Of a stretch of 64,000 nt of DNA, positions 12,700 through 23,089 are shown one piece after another. A program made the translations under genes and the position numbers. Numbering within the stretch: position 1 is the stretch's first letter; each line of letters starts with the position of its first letter. Under the pieces are notes generated by a model. That model was not told the origin of the DNA. It saw only the letters and a list, made by a program, of their open reading frames with translations, and searched no databases. Source of the stretch: Heptranchias perlo (taxonomy: Eukaryota); NCBI RefSeq assembly GCF_035084215.1, contig NC_090343.1:3038001-3102000 (forward strand). The letters run 5' to 3'.

Positions 12700-13540
12700 A
12701 AGACAGACTTATATTTCTACAGCGCCTTTCACCACCTCAGGACGTCCCAAAGGGCTTTACATCCAATGAAGTACTTTTTTGAAGTGTAGTTACTGTCATG
12801 ATGTAGGAAACGCGGCAGCCAATTTATGCACAGCAAGATCCCACAAACCGCAATGAGATAATGACCAGATAATCTGTTTTTAGTGATGTTGATTGAGGGA
12901 TAACTATTGGCCCAGGACACAGGGGAGAACGCCCACCCCCCCACCCCCCTCTTCAAATAGAGGTTGTGGGATCTTTTACATCTACCCGAGAGGGCAGACA
13001 GGGCCTCGTTTTAACATCTCATTCGAAAGTCGGCACCTCCGACAGCGCAGCGCTCCCTCGGTGCTGGCCCTCCGACAGCGCAGCGCTCCCTCGGTGCTGG
13101 CCCTCCGACAGCGCAGCGCTCCCTCGGTGCTGGCCCTCCGACAGCGCAGCGCTCCCTCGGTGCTGGCCCTCCGACAGCGCAGCGCTCCCTCGGTGCTGGC
13201 CCTCCGACAGCGCAGCGCTCCCTCGGTGCTGGCCCTCCGACAGCGCAGCGCTCCCTCGGTGCTGGCCCTCCCACAGCGCAGCGCTCCCTCGGTGCTGGCC
13301 CTCCCACAGCGCAGCGCTCCCTCGGTGCTGGCCCTCCCACAGCGCAGCGCTCCCTCGGTGCTGGCCCTCCCACAGCGCAGCGCTCCCTCGGTGCTGGCCC
13401 TCCCACAGCGCAGCGCTCCCTCGGTGCTGCACTGGGAGTGTCAGCCTAGATTTTGTGCTCAAGTCTCTGGAGTGGGACTCGAACCCACGACCTTCTGATT
13501 CAAGAGGCGAGAGTGTTACCAACCGAGCCATGGCTGACAC
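12700..13540 (-). mobile_element. Deu-domain SINE with internal 33-bp minisatellite expansion (~13030-13430)
   Basis: tRNA-like head at ~13480-13540, Deu core and L2-like tail. Internal (CCGACAGCGCAGCGCTCCCTCGGTGCTGGCCCT)n, ~12 copies. Confidence 0.88.
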
Positions 13541-13917
13541 AAGTGGCTATAATTAGTGCGTGACCCCATGCACTCAATGTCAGTCGGGTATTTGACTGTG
13601 GGAGGCCTCACATCCTGCTCATGCCTTTTCTGGTCTCCACACAAGTGCACTTTCCAGCAGGCTACCTGGGCAATCAGGAGCAGGAAGCCTGGATGATTTA
13701 TTTTCCGCTCCCTAGCCCAAGGGAGCTGAGGCTAACTCCACAGGTGTACCGATACCCCGGCTGAGGTCAGGCAATTCAGCATGGAGCGGAGATGAAACCT
13801 GGACCTTCTCGATCTGCCCCCCCTCAGCTATACATTGGATACGTTTGCTAAGCCTCTTGGAAGTATTTTATTAATGTGTTTCTGCATTTTTCACTAAATA
13901 ATCTCAGCTGCACGTAC

Positions 13918-14071
13918 CTTTGAGGAGGACGTATCTGTGGCCTTCGAGTTTCTGAGTTAGGCTGAAATCTCCGATTTTGCACTCCAGTGTTTGGGTCAGA
14001 AGAATGTTGGCTGACCGTAGATCGCAATGTACGTAGCCGTTCTCTTCCATGTAAAGCATTCCATCCACAAT
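13918..14071 (-). CDS. Divergent SrcB-like kinase, 154-bp catalytic-loop exon (IVDGMLYMEENGYVHCDLRSANILLTQTLECKIGDFSLTQKLEGHRYVLLK)
   Basis: TTTTCTGCAG acceptor and GTACGT donor. HxDLRxAN and KIxDF motifs. 154 bp is the canonical Src-family size. Confidence 0.93.
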
Positions 14072-14179
14072 CTGCAGAAAAGGGACCATTATTCAACATG
14101 CTTCTGCTCCATTCTCTCCCGCAGTGTCCTCTTCAACCGGGAGCGTGCCCCTCCCCACCCAGGAATAAGAAACGTGTAC

Positions 14180-14256
14180 CTGCATTGCAAAGCCAATCAT
14201 CTGCACCAACTCCAACTGCCTGCCTAGGTCGCTCCTTAAGTAACTGTTTAAATTCC
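14180..14256 (-). CDS. Divergent SrcB-like kinase, 77-bp exon (GNLNSYLRSDLGRQLELVQMIGFAMQ)
   Basis: AG/GT boundaries, 77-bp canonical Src-family exon size and compatible phases. Confidence 0.9.
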
Positions 14257-14599
14257 CTTCAGAAAAAAGGAGATCAGTTATCACTAGAGTGCCTCGAGAC
14301 ATCATTTTCCACGTTTAAGGCGATGACTTTAGACTGAATAGCACTTGGCCCAAATCCCCCACGACCCAGTACAGAAACAAAAGACTTGCATTTATAAATC
14401 ATCTTATTGCTGCAGCACCCTCCCCCCACTGGCAGAGCCATGTAATTACAGTGTGACAAGTTTACATACGCATTTTCCATTATTAATATAGACATACAAA
14501 TTTATCATGGAAATATATAAAATTAAAGACAGAATGTATACAACTTTAAAATGGGGACTGAAAGCCGTGATCCAATTAACCCCACCCTCCTCTAACCCC

Positions 14600-14895
14600 A
14601 ATAAACCAGAGGACACAGATTTAAGGAGATTTGCAAAAGAACCAGAGGCGATATGAGGAAACATTTTTTTACACAGTGAGTTGTTATGATCTGGAATGCG
14701 CTGCCTGAAAGGGCGGTGGAAGTAGATTCAATGGTAATTTCCAAAAGGGAATTGGATAAATACTTGAAGGGAAATAATTTACAGGGCTATGGGGAAAGAG
14801 CAGGGGAGTGGGACTAATTGGATAGCTCTTTCAAAGAGCCGGCACAGGCACAATGGGCCGAATGGCTTCCTTCTGTGCTGCACCTACTACGATAC
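14600..14895 (+). mobile_element. CR1 LINE 3' fragment
   Basis: FFTQ..V..IWNALPE motif plus 3' UTR. Confidence 0.75.
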
Positions 14896-15569
14896 CTGAA
14901 GACTACATTCAGTGTTAACTCTCCGTATATAAAGCCATGGGGGATCGACTAGTAAGCAATTGTTTTTGAAGTTGGCAAAAATTCTAAAGATTAAGAAGAT
15001 GATTTTGTACTTTTAATTAGTCATTAATCTGTGAAAAAGGGGAGCTGGTTTGTCTGGGTCTAATGACCTTTCTCCTGTTCCTAAAAACCCTAAGGTTCTA
15101 ATTTATGGGCAACGGAGGAGGGGAGAGGGACAGTAGGTGAACACATTGCTCGTTCACCTCAAGGTCACAGGTTCAAATCCAGCCCAGACGGTTGTGGCAG
15201 ATGCAATCCTTCATTCCGTTAAATATAGAAGCCGAACGACCAACTTATCGACCTGGATCTTGTCGTGCTCAGTATCTGGTCCATTTCAGACTTGTGTCAG
15301 TAATTTACCTCAATATTACTGCCAGAATTCAAACTTTTTTCCTTCAGTTCCTCAACAGTGGAGATAATAACTTCCAAGGATTTTCATTGATTTACAGAAA
15401 TTAAATGCCCAACATCCTGTGCTATTGTTGTCAAGGAAATATTGGATAGAATGTTAAGTGATGATTCAGTCCTTTATAAACTGGCCACAGGTAAAGACTG
15501 TCCGGATAAAGGCCAACTGTAAGTAGACATTTAACTTCCGTGGAACTATGGAAAACCACGGAGATTTTT

Positions 15570-15900
15570 AAAAATTCATTCTGGGAATGTGGGCGTCGCT
15601 GGCAAGGCCGGCATTGATTGCCCGTCCTTAGTTGCCCCTTGAGAAGGTGGTGGTGAGCCTTCTTCTTGAACCGCTGCAGTCCGTGTGGTGAAGGTTCTCT
15701 CACTGTGCTGTTAGGGAGGGAGTTCCAGGATTTTGACCCAGCGACGATGAAGGAACGGTCGATATATGTGCAAGTCAGGATGGTGTGTGCCTTGGAGGGG
15801 AACATGCAGGTGGTGGTGTTCCCATGCAGCTGATGCCCTTGTCCTTCTAGGTGGTAGAGGTCGCAGGTTTGGGAGGTGCTGTCGGAGAAGCCTTGACGAG
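15570..15900 (-). mobile_element. 3' fragment of the LINE family seen at 60.9-63.0 kb
   Basis: KSWNSLPNSTV..PSPHGLQRFKK.AHHHLLKG motif. Confidence 0.8.
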
Positions 15901-16337
15901 TTGATGTCCATCATTGAGTTGGATTCTGTTTTTGTTTCCAGTTTTCTCCCATTTCCCATCAGACAGCACGGTCTTTTATTGGGGTTCAGTTGTATTTGTG
16001 CGGGAACCCTTTGGTACCTCACCCAATTGGCTATTCCTCATATGGAGGCCCAGAAAGTAAGCACCTGGAGACTATTCAACAATGGGGAGAGGCATCAGAC
16101 TCAAGATCGATCTGGTCATCACCTAACATCCAAACTCAAGCACTTCTAAGTGAGGATATGAACGATGATTAGCAGATCTTCCCTAACTTGAGACTGTAGA
16201 AACCAATTGCAGCTTGCTGGCTCAGCACAGGCCAGGCATAGAGCCTGCTCCAAATGGCCTAGTACCACACCAGGCAGCGCGTGTGGTACATTGACATTGG
16301 AGACTCCCAAATGACACCAGAGGGCTGCAGGAATTAC

Positions 16338-16520
16338 CTTTGCTCATGAACTCCGTGATGATGAGCATGGGCTCAGACCTTGTCACCACTCCGAGAAGCT
16401 GCACCAGTCGGTCATGTTGAAGAGTTTTCCTAATACTAACCTCCCTGAGGAAGGAGTCTACAGAGGTGCATTCCGGATTCCTCACCTTTACAGACACTTT
16501 GATACAGCTGTTATTCAAAT
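16338..16520 (-). CDS. Divergent SrcB-like kinase, 183-bp exon (DLNNSCIKVSVKVRNPECTSVDSFLREVSIRKTLQHDRLVQLLGVVTRSEPMLIITEFMSK)
   Basis: AG/GTAATT boundaries. The beta3 Lys (VSVK) and alphaC Glu (FLRE) are present. KTLQHD.LV.L..VVT..EP..IITEFM resembles Lyn/Hck. Confidence 0.92.
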
Positions 16521-16985
16521 CTAAAGAAAGAAAGACAGACTTGCATTTATATAGCAACTTTCATGACCTCAGGACGTCCCAAAGTGCTTTATAGCCAATG
16601 AAGTACTTTTGAAGTGAAGTCACTGTTGTAATGTAGGAAATGCAGCAGCCAATTTGCACACAGCAAGATCCCACAAACAGTAATATGGTAATGACCAGAT
16701 AATCTGTTTTAGTGATGTTGGTTTAGGGATAAATATCGGCCAGGACACTGGGGAGGACTTCTTCCAATAGTGCCATGGGATCTTTTACGTCCACCCGAGA
16801 GGGCAGATGGGGCCTCGGTTTAACATCACAGCCAAAAGACGGCACCTCCGACAGTGCAGCACTCCCCCAGTACGGGCACTGGGAGTGTCAGCTTGGATTT
16901 TGTGCTCAAGTCTCTGAAGTGGGACTTGAACCCACGACCTTCTGACTCAGAGGGGAGAGTGATACCACTGAGCCACGGCTGACAC
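16521..16985 (-). mobile_element. Full-length Deu-domain SINE whose 3' tail abuts the kinase exon acceptor
   Basis: Head GTGTCAGCCGTGGCTCAGTGG...GGTTCAAGTCCC and tail GCTATATAAATGCAAGTCTGTCTTTCTTTCTTTAG. Confidence 0.88.
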
Positions 16986-17504
16986 CCGCCTGACGCGTTT
17001 ATAACAGTGGGCCGGAGAAACCTCTTCACACAGAGAGCTGTGAGGCTGCGGAATTCACTTCCAGGGTTAGTGGTTGAGGAAGAAACTATGTCAACATTCA
17101 AGATTAGATTTTTTTTTTATTCGTTCATGGGATGTGGGCGTCGCTGGTGAGGCCGGCATTTATTGCCCGTCCCTAATTGCCCTTGTGAAGGTGGTGGTGA
17201 GCCGCTTTCTTAAACCGCTGCAGTCCGTGTGGTGAAGGTTCTCCCACAGTGCTGTTGGGAAGGGAGTTCCAGGATTTTGGAGAGGTGGATGAAGGAAAAG
17301 AGGTTGAACGGATACAGTAACAGAGCGGTAAATGGGATTGGAAATACTTACATGCGGGTAAACGGCAACACCGACTGGTTGGGCCAAATGGCCTGTTTCT
17401 ATGCTGCAACTTCTATGTGTAGTTAGACATTGGGCAATATGGTAAGATACGGGTACCATTCACAGGTACTGCAGGGCTGGTCATTCCTAACAGAGTAACT
17501 GAGA

Positions 17505-18150
17505 GGTACAGTAGTGTTGTGGTTATGATACAGGACTAGTAATCCAGGGAATGTGAGTTCAAATCCCACCATGGCAGTTTTGATAAAACAATAAAAAGCT
17601 AGGCTCAGTAAAAGTGACCACAAAGCTATCATAGAAGAATCATAGAAGTTACAACATGGAAACAGGCCCTTCGGCCCAACATGTCCATGTCGCCCAGTTT
17701 ATACCACTAAGCTAGTCCCAATTGCCTGCACTTGGCCCATATCCCTCTATACCCATCTTACCCATGTAACTGTCCAAATGCTTTTTAAAAGACAAAATTG
17801 TACCCGCCTCTACTACTGCCTCTGGCAGCTCGTTCCAGACACTCACCACCCTTTGAGTGAAAAAATTGCCCCTCTGGACCCTTTTGTATCTCTCACCTAT
17901 CGGATTGTCATAAAAACCCAGCTGGTTCACTGATGCTCTTTAGGGAAGGAAACCTGCCGTCCTTACTCAGTCTGGGCCTATATGGATTCCAGTCCCACAC
18001 CAACATGGTTGACTCTGAAGTGGCCTAGCAAACCACTCAATTGCATCAAACCCCCTACCATCTGTGGTTCAATAAGAAGGCCCACCACCGCCTTCTCAGG
18101 GCAATGAGGGATTGCCAGCGATGCCCACATCCAGGATTGAATTTTTAAAA
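17505..18150 (+). mobile_element. tRNA-derived SINE interrupted by a minus-strand CR1 3' fragment (~17631-17896)
   Basis: B-box GAGTTCAAATCCC. The SINE resumes after the insert, and CTATC is present on both sides. Confidence 0.75.
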
Positions 18151-18190
18151 AATCTAAGGCAAGACCCTAATCTTGTAAATCATTACGTAC

Positions 18191-18343
18191 CCATCCTCGC
18201 CTTGGCAAGATGTCCAACTTCAAGTTGGCTTTCCAGTGTAATGGACTTTCTTGGAATCTCAAAGCCATCAGCTTCCAAAATATTTTGAGTCTTCTTTTTG
18301 ATCGAGGGACTTGCCAGTCTTTGGCACAGACCATCTGCATCTT
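18191..18343 (-). CDS. Divergent SrcB-like kinase, 153-bp exon: SH2 end, linker and degenerate Gly loop (KDADGLCQRLASPSIKKKTQNILEADGFEIPRKSITLESQLEVGHLAKARM)
   Basis: CTCTTCAG acceptor and GTACGT donor. ADGLC..L..P and EIPR.SI.L motifs. Phases are compatible on both sides. Confidence 0.9.
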
Positions 18344-18504
18344 CTGAAGAGTTAGGTAGAGTTCCAACATGTTAGTTGCCTTGATCGTCCAATGCTGGGA
18401 CTCTCAGCCACCACCCACACTTCCAGATACACTAGGAAACTCCGCCTAATATTGCTCTGCAGCTCCCCCAATGGCCCAATTAGTAAATACACTGAGCAGT
18501 GTGA

Positions 18505-19722
18505 GAGCTTGGCTCAGTGGGTAGCACTCTCACCTCTGTGTCAGAAGGTCGTGGGTTCAAGTCCCACTCCAGAGACTTGAACATGCAATCTAGGCTGACA
18601 CTCCAAGTGTAACACTGAGTAAAAGTGTTAAATTGTCAGAGGTGAGATATTAAACTAAGGCCCCATCTATCTGTTCAGGTGAACGTAACAGATCCCCTGG
18701 TCCTTTGAAGAGCTGGTGTCCTGGACAATATTTATCTCTCAATCAACAGAGATTGATAGTGAGGAAGAAAACTGTAGACTGCAGGAAGATATCAATGGAC
18801 TGGTCAGGTGGGCAGAAAAGTGGCAAATGGAATTCAATCTGAAGAAGTGGGAGGTAATGCATTTGGGGAGGGCAAACAAGGCAAGGGAATACACAATAAA
18901 TGGGAGGATACTGAGAGGTGTAGAGGAACAAAATGACCTTGGAGTGCATGTCCACAGATCCCTGAAGGTAGCAGGACAGGTAGATAAGGTGGTTACTTTC
19001 CTTTATTAGCCAAGGCATAGGATATAAGAGCAGGGGGGTTATGCTGGAACTGTATAAAACACCAGTTAGGCCACAGCTAGAGTACTGTGTACAGTTCTGG
19101 TCACCACATTACCGGAAAGATGTGATTGCACTAGAGAGGGTACAGAGGAGATTTACGAGGATGTTGCCAGGACTGGAGAATTTTAGCTATGAGGAAAGAT
19201 TGGATAGGCTGGGGTTGTTTTCTTTGGAACAGAGGAGGCTGAGGGGAGATTTAATTGAGGTGTATAAAATTATGAGCTCCTAGATAGAGTGGATAGGGAG
19301 GACCTATTTCCCTTAGCAGTGAGGTCAATAACCAGGGGGTATAGATTTAAAATGTCTGGTAGAAGGATTAGAGGGGAGCTGAGGAGAAATGTTTTCACCC
19401 AGAGGGTGGTGGGGGTCTGGAACTCACTGCCTGAAAGGGTGGTAGAGGCAGAAACCCTCAACTCATTTAAAAAGTACTTGGATGCGCACCTGAAGAGCCG
19501 TAACCTACAGGGCTACGGACCAAGTGCTAGAGAGTGGGATTAGGCTGGATAGCTCTTTTATTGGCCAGCACGGACACAATGGGCCAAACGGCCTCCTTCT
19601 GTGCCGTAAATTTCTATGATTCTATGATTAACAGGTGATTTATCTCATTGCTGTTTATGGGAACTTTTTGTATCCAAGTTGGCTGCCAAAGTTTATATAA
19701 CAACAGTGACTATGCTTCAAAA
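18505..19722 (+). mobile_element. Deu-domain SINE split by a ~0.9-kb CR1 3' fragment (18745-19630)
   Basis: SINE head at 18505-18740 and continuation at 19630-19722. The insert carries CR1 RT C-terminal ORFs ([21 protein letters not shown]) and a (TTCTATGA)n tail. Confidence 0.85.
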
Positions 19723-20152
19723 GTAATAAGAGCAGGGGGAGTGGAAGTATTTGGATAGCTCTTTCAAAGAGCCAGCACAGGCACGATGGGCCGAATGGCC
19801 TACTTCTGTGCTGTATGATTCTCGAAGAAGGTGTTGGAGTCAGAAGCTCGCTCCATGAGGCCACCTAATGGCCAGAACCTGCAACTACATTGTGACAGTT
19901 GACATTGCAAAATTGAATTGAGAAATGTTGACGTAGCATTTACAATGGTAACAGAAAATCCTGACTACAGGAAGTAAGGTTTGAGGACAGGAAGTCTGTA
20001 TCCTATGCAGGATTTTTAATATAATATGTGGATTACTATTATGCTTTGGTTGATGACAGACTTTGTTCACACTTTACCACTGACAGCAATTCTGCTTAAT
20101 TCCTGCTAGCGGTTATGCCTCTTCATAAAAGGTGAAGAACACCAAGACTTAC

Positions 20153-20299
20153 TGTGGTAATACTTGACCAACTCTTGCAGGGCAATGAACTTGACTCGTG
20201 GATTGATGTAATAGCCACTGGGACTGCTCAATATTTTGTAATGCACCACTCTGACACCCAGCTTGGGATCCCAGTGCCTGACCAACAAGGCATAGCAAC
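20153..20299 (-). CDS. Divergent SrcB-like kinase, SH2 exon 2 (GCYALLVRHWDPKLGVRVVHYKILSSPSGYYINPRVKFIALQELVKYYH)
   Basis: TAG acceptor and GTAAGT donor. HYKI and GYYI.PR..F..L.ELV..Y motifs typical of the Lyn/Hck/Blk/Lck SH2 domain. Confidence 0.92.
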
Positions 20300-20394
20300 C
20301 TAATCGAACAAAAGGAAAAGAAATGTTTCAGGAGATCTGAGAAACCAAATGCGATTCTATCTGCTTCCTCTCTAAGGTCCTCAGATGCATCATC

Positions 20395-21862
20395 ACCCAC
20401 CACTGGCCAGCTCCTCGCTCACCTCACCCACCACTGGCCAGCTCCTCGCTCCCCTCACCCACCACTGGCCAGCTCCTCGCTCACCTCACCCGTCATTCCC
20501 CAGCTCCTCGCTCCCCTCACCCGTCACTCCCCAGCTCCTCGCTCCCCTCACCCGTCACTCCCCAGCTCCTCGCTCCCCTCACCCGTCACTCCCCAGCTCC
20601 TCGCTCCCCTCACCCGTCACTCCCCAGCTCCTCGCTCCCCTCACCCGTCACTCCCCAGCTCCTCGCTCCCCTCACCCGCCACTCCCCAGCTCCTCGCTCC
20701 CCTCACCCGCCACTGGCCAGCTCCTCGCTCCCCTCACCCACCACTGGCCAGCTCCTCGCTTCCCTCACCCGTCATTCCCCAGCTCCTCGCTCCCCTCACC
20801 CGTCACTACCCAGCTCCGAGCTCACCTCACCCACCACTGGCCAGCTCCTCGCTTCCCTCACCCGTCACTCCCCAGCTCCTCGCTCCCCTCACCCGTCACT
20901 CCCCAGCTCCTCGCTCCCCTCACCCACCACTAGCCAGCTCCTCGCTCCCCTCACCCGTCACTCCCCAGCTCCTCGCTCCCCTCACCCGTCACTCCCCAGC
21001 TCCTCGCTCCCCTCACCCGTCACTCCCCAGCTCCTCGCTCCCCTCACCCGTCACTCCCCAGCTCCTCGCTCCCCTCACCCGTCACTCCCCAGCTCCTCGC
21101 TCCCCTCACCCGTCACTCCCCAGCTCCTCGCTCCCCTCACCCGTCACTCCCCAGCTCCTCGCTCCCCTCACCCGTCACTCCCCAGCTCCTCGCTCCCCTC
21201 ACCCGTCACTCCCCAGCTCCTCGCTCCCCTCACCCGTCACTCCCCAGCTCCTCGCTCCCCTCACCCGCCACTGGCCAGCTCCTCGCTCCCCTCACCCGTC
21301 ACTCCCCAGCTCCTCGCTCCCCTCACCCGTCACTCCCCAGCTCCTCGCTCCCCTCACCCGCCACTGGCCAGCTCCTCGCTCCCCTCACCCGCCACTGGCC
21401 AGCTCCTCGCTCCCCTCACCCGCCACTGGCCAGCTCCTCGCTCACCTCACCCGTCACTCCCCAGCTCCTCGCTTCCCTCACCCGTCATTCCCCAGCTCCT
21501 CGCTCCCCTCACCCGTCACTACCCAGCTCCTAGCTCACCTCACCCACCACTGGCCAGCTCCTCGCTTCCCTCACCCGTCACTCCCCAGCTCCTCGCTCCC
21601 CTCACCCGTCACTCCCCAGCTCCTCGCTCCCCTCACCCACCACTGGCCAGCTCCTCGCTCCCCTCACCCGTCACTCCCCAGCTCCTCGCTCCCCTCACCA
21701 GCTCCTCGCTCCCCTCACCCGTCACACCCCAGCTCCTCGCTCCCCTCACCCGTCACTCCCCAGCTCCTCGCTCCCCTCACCCGTCACTCCCCAGCTCCTC
21801 GCTCCCCTCACCCGTCACTCCCCAGCTCCTCGCTCCCCTCACCCGTCACTCCCCAGCTCCTC
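20395..21862. repeat. 31-bp C-rich minisatellite (CCCAGCTCCTCGCTCCCCTCACCCGTCACTC)n, ~47 copies
   Basis: Tandem repeat with interspersed variant units. Confidence 0.95.
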
Positions 21863-23088
21863 GCACCGAGGGGGGGGAGGGGCGCACCGAGGGGGGGGGA
21901 GGGGCGCACCGAGGGGGGGGGAGGGGCGCACCGAGGGGGGGGGAGGGGCGCACCGAGGGGGGGGGAGGGGCGCACCGAGGGGGGGGGGAGGGGCGCACCG
22001 AGGGGGGGGGAGGGGCGCACCGAGGGGGGGGGAGGGGCGCACCGAGGGGGGGGGAGGGGCGCACCGAGGGGGGGGGAGGGGCGCACCGAGGGGGGGGGAG
22101 GGGCGCACCGAGGGGGGGGAGGGGCGCACCGAGGGGGGGGAGGGGCGCACCGAGGGGGGGGAGGGGCGCACCGAGGGGGGGGAGGGGCGCACCGAGGGGG
22201 GGGAGGGGCGCACCGAGGGGGGGGAGGGGCGCACCGAGGGGGGGGAGGGGCGCACCGAGGGGGGGGAGGGGCGCACCGAGGGGGGGGAGGGGCGCACCGA
22301 GGGGGGGGAGGGGCGCACCGAGGGGGGGGAGGGGCGCACCGAGGGGGGGGAGGGGCGCACCGAGGGGGGGGAGGGGCGCACCGAGGGGGGGGAGGGGCGC
22401 ACCGAGGGGGGGGAGGGGCGCACCGAGGGGGGGGAGGGGCGCACCGAGGGGGGGGAGGGGCGCACCGAGGGGGGGGAGGGGCGCACCGAGGGGGGGGAGG
22501 GGCGCACCGAGGGGGGGGAGGGGCGCACCGAGGGGGGGGAGGGGCGCACCGAGGGGGGGGAGGGGCGCACCGAGGGGGGGGGAGGGGCGCACCGAGGGGG
22601 GGGAGGGGCGCACCGAGGGGGGGGAGGGGCGCACCGAGGGGGGGGAGGGGCGCACCGAGGGGGGGGAGGGGCGCACCGAGGGGGGGGGAGGGGCGCACCG
22701 AGGGGGGGAGGGGCGTACCGAGGGGGGGAGGGGCGTACCGAGGGGGGGAGGGGCGTACCGAGGGGGGGAGGGGCGTACCGAGGGGGGGAGGGGCGTACCG
22801 AGGGGGGGAGGGGCGTACCGAGGGGGGGAGGGGCGTACCGAGGGGGGGGAGGGGCGTACCGAGGGGGGGAGGGGCGTACCGAGGGGGGGAGGGGCGTACC
22901 GAGGGGGGGAGGGGCGTACCGAGGGGGGGAGGGGCGTACCGAGAGGGGGAGGGGCGTACCGAGAGGGGGAGGGGCGTACCGAGGGGGGAGGGGCGTACCG
23001 AGGGGGGGAGGGGCGTACCGAGGGGGGAGGGGCTTACCGAGAGGGGGAGGGGCGTACCGAGAGGGGGAGGGGCGTACCGAGGGGGGGT
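21863..23088. repeat. G-rich 19-23-bp minisatellite (GC[G]CACCGAG6-9AGGG)n grading to GCGTACCGA units
   Basis: Tandem repeat with variable G-run length. It abuts the preceding array and the CR1 5' end. Confidence 0.95.
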
Positions 23089-23089
23089 C

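Noticed and set aside
16900-16985. tRNA genes at A/B-box sequences (also 7810, 13500, 18510, 38845)
   Set aside because: They are SINE heads followed by SINE bodies, with no complete cloverleaf.
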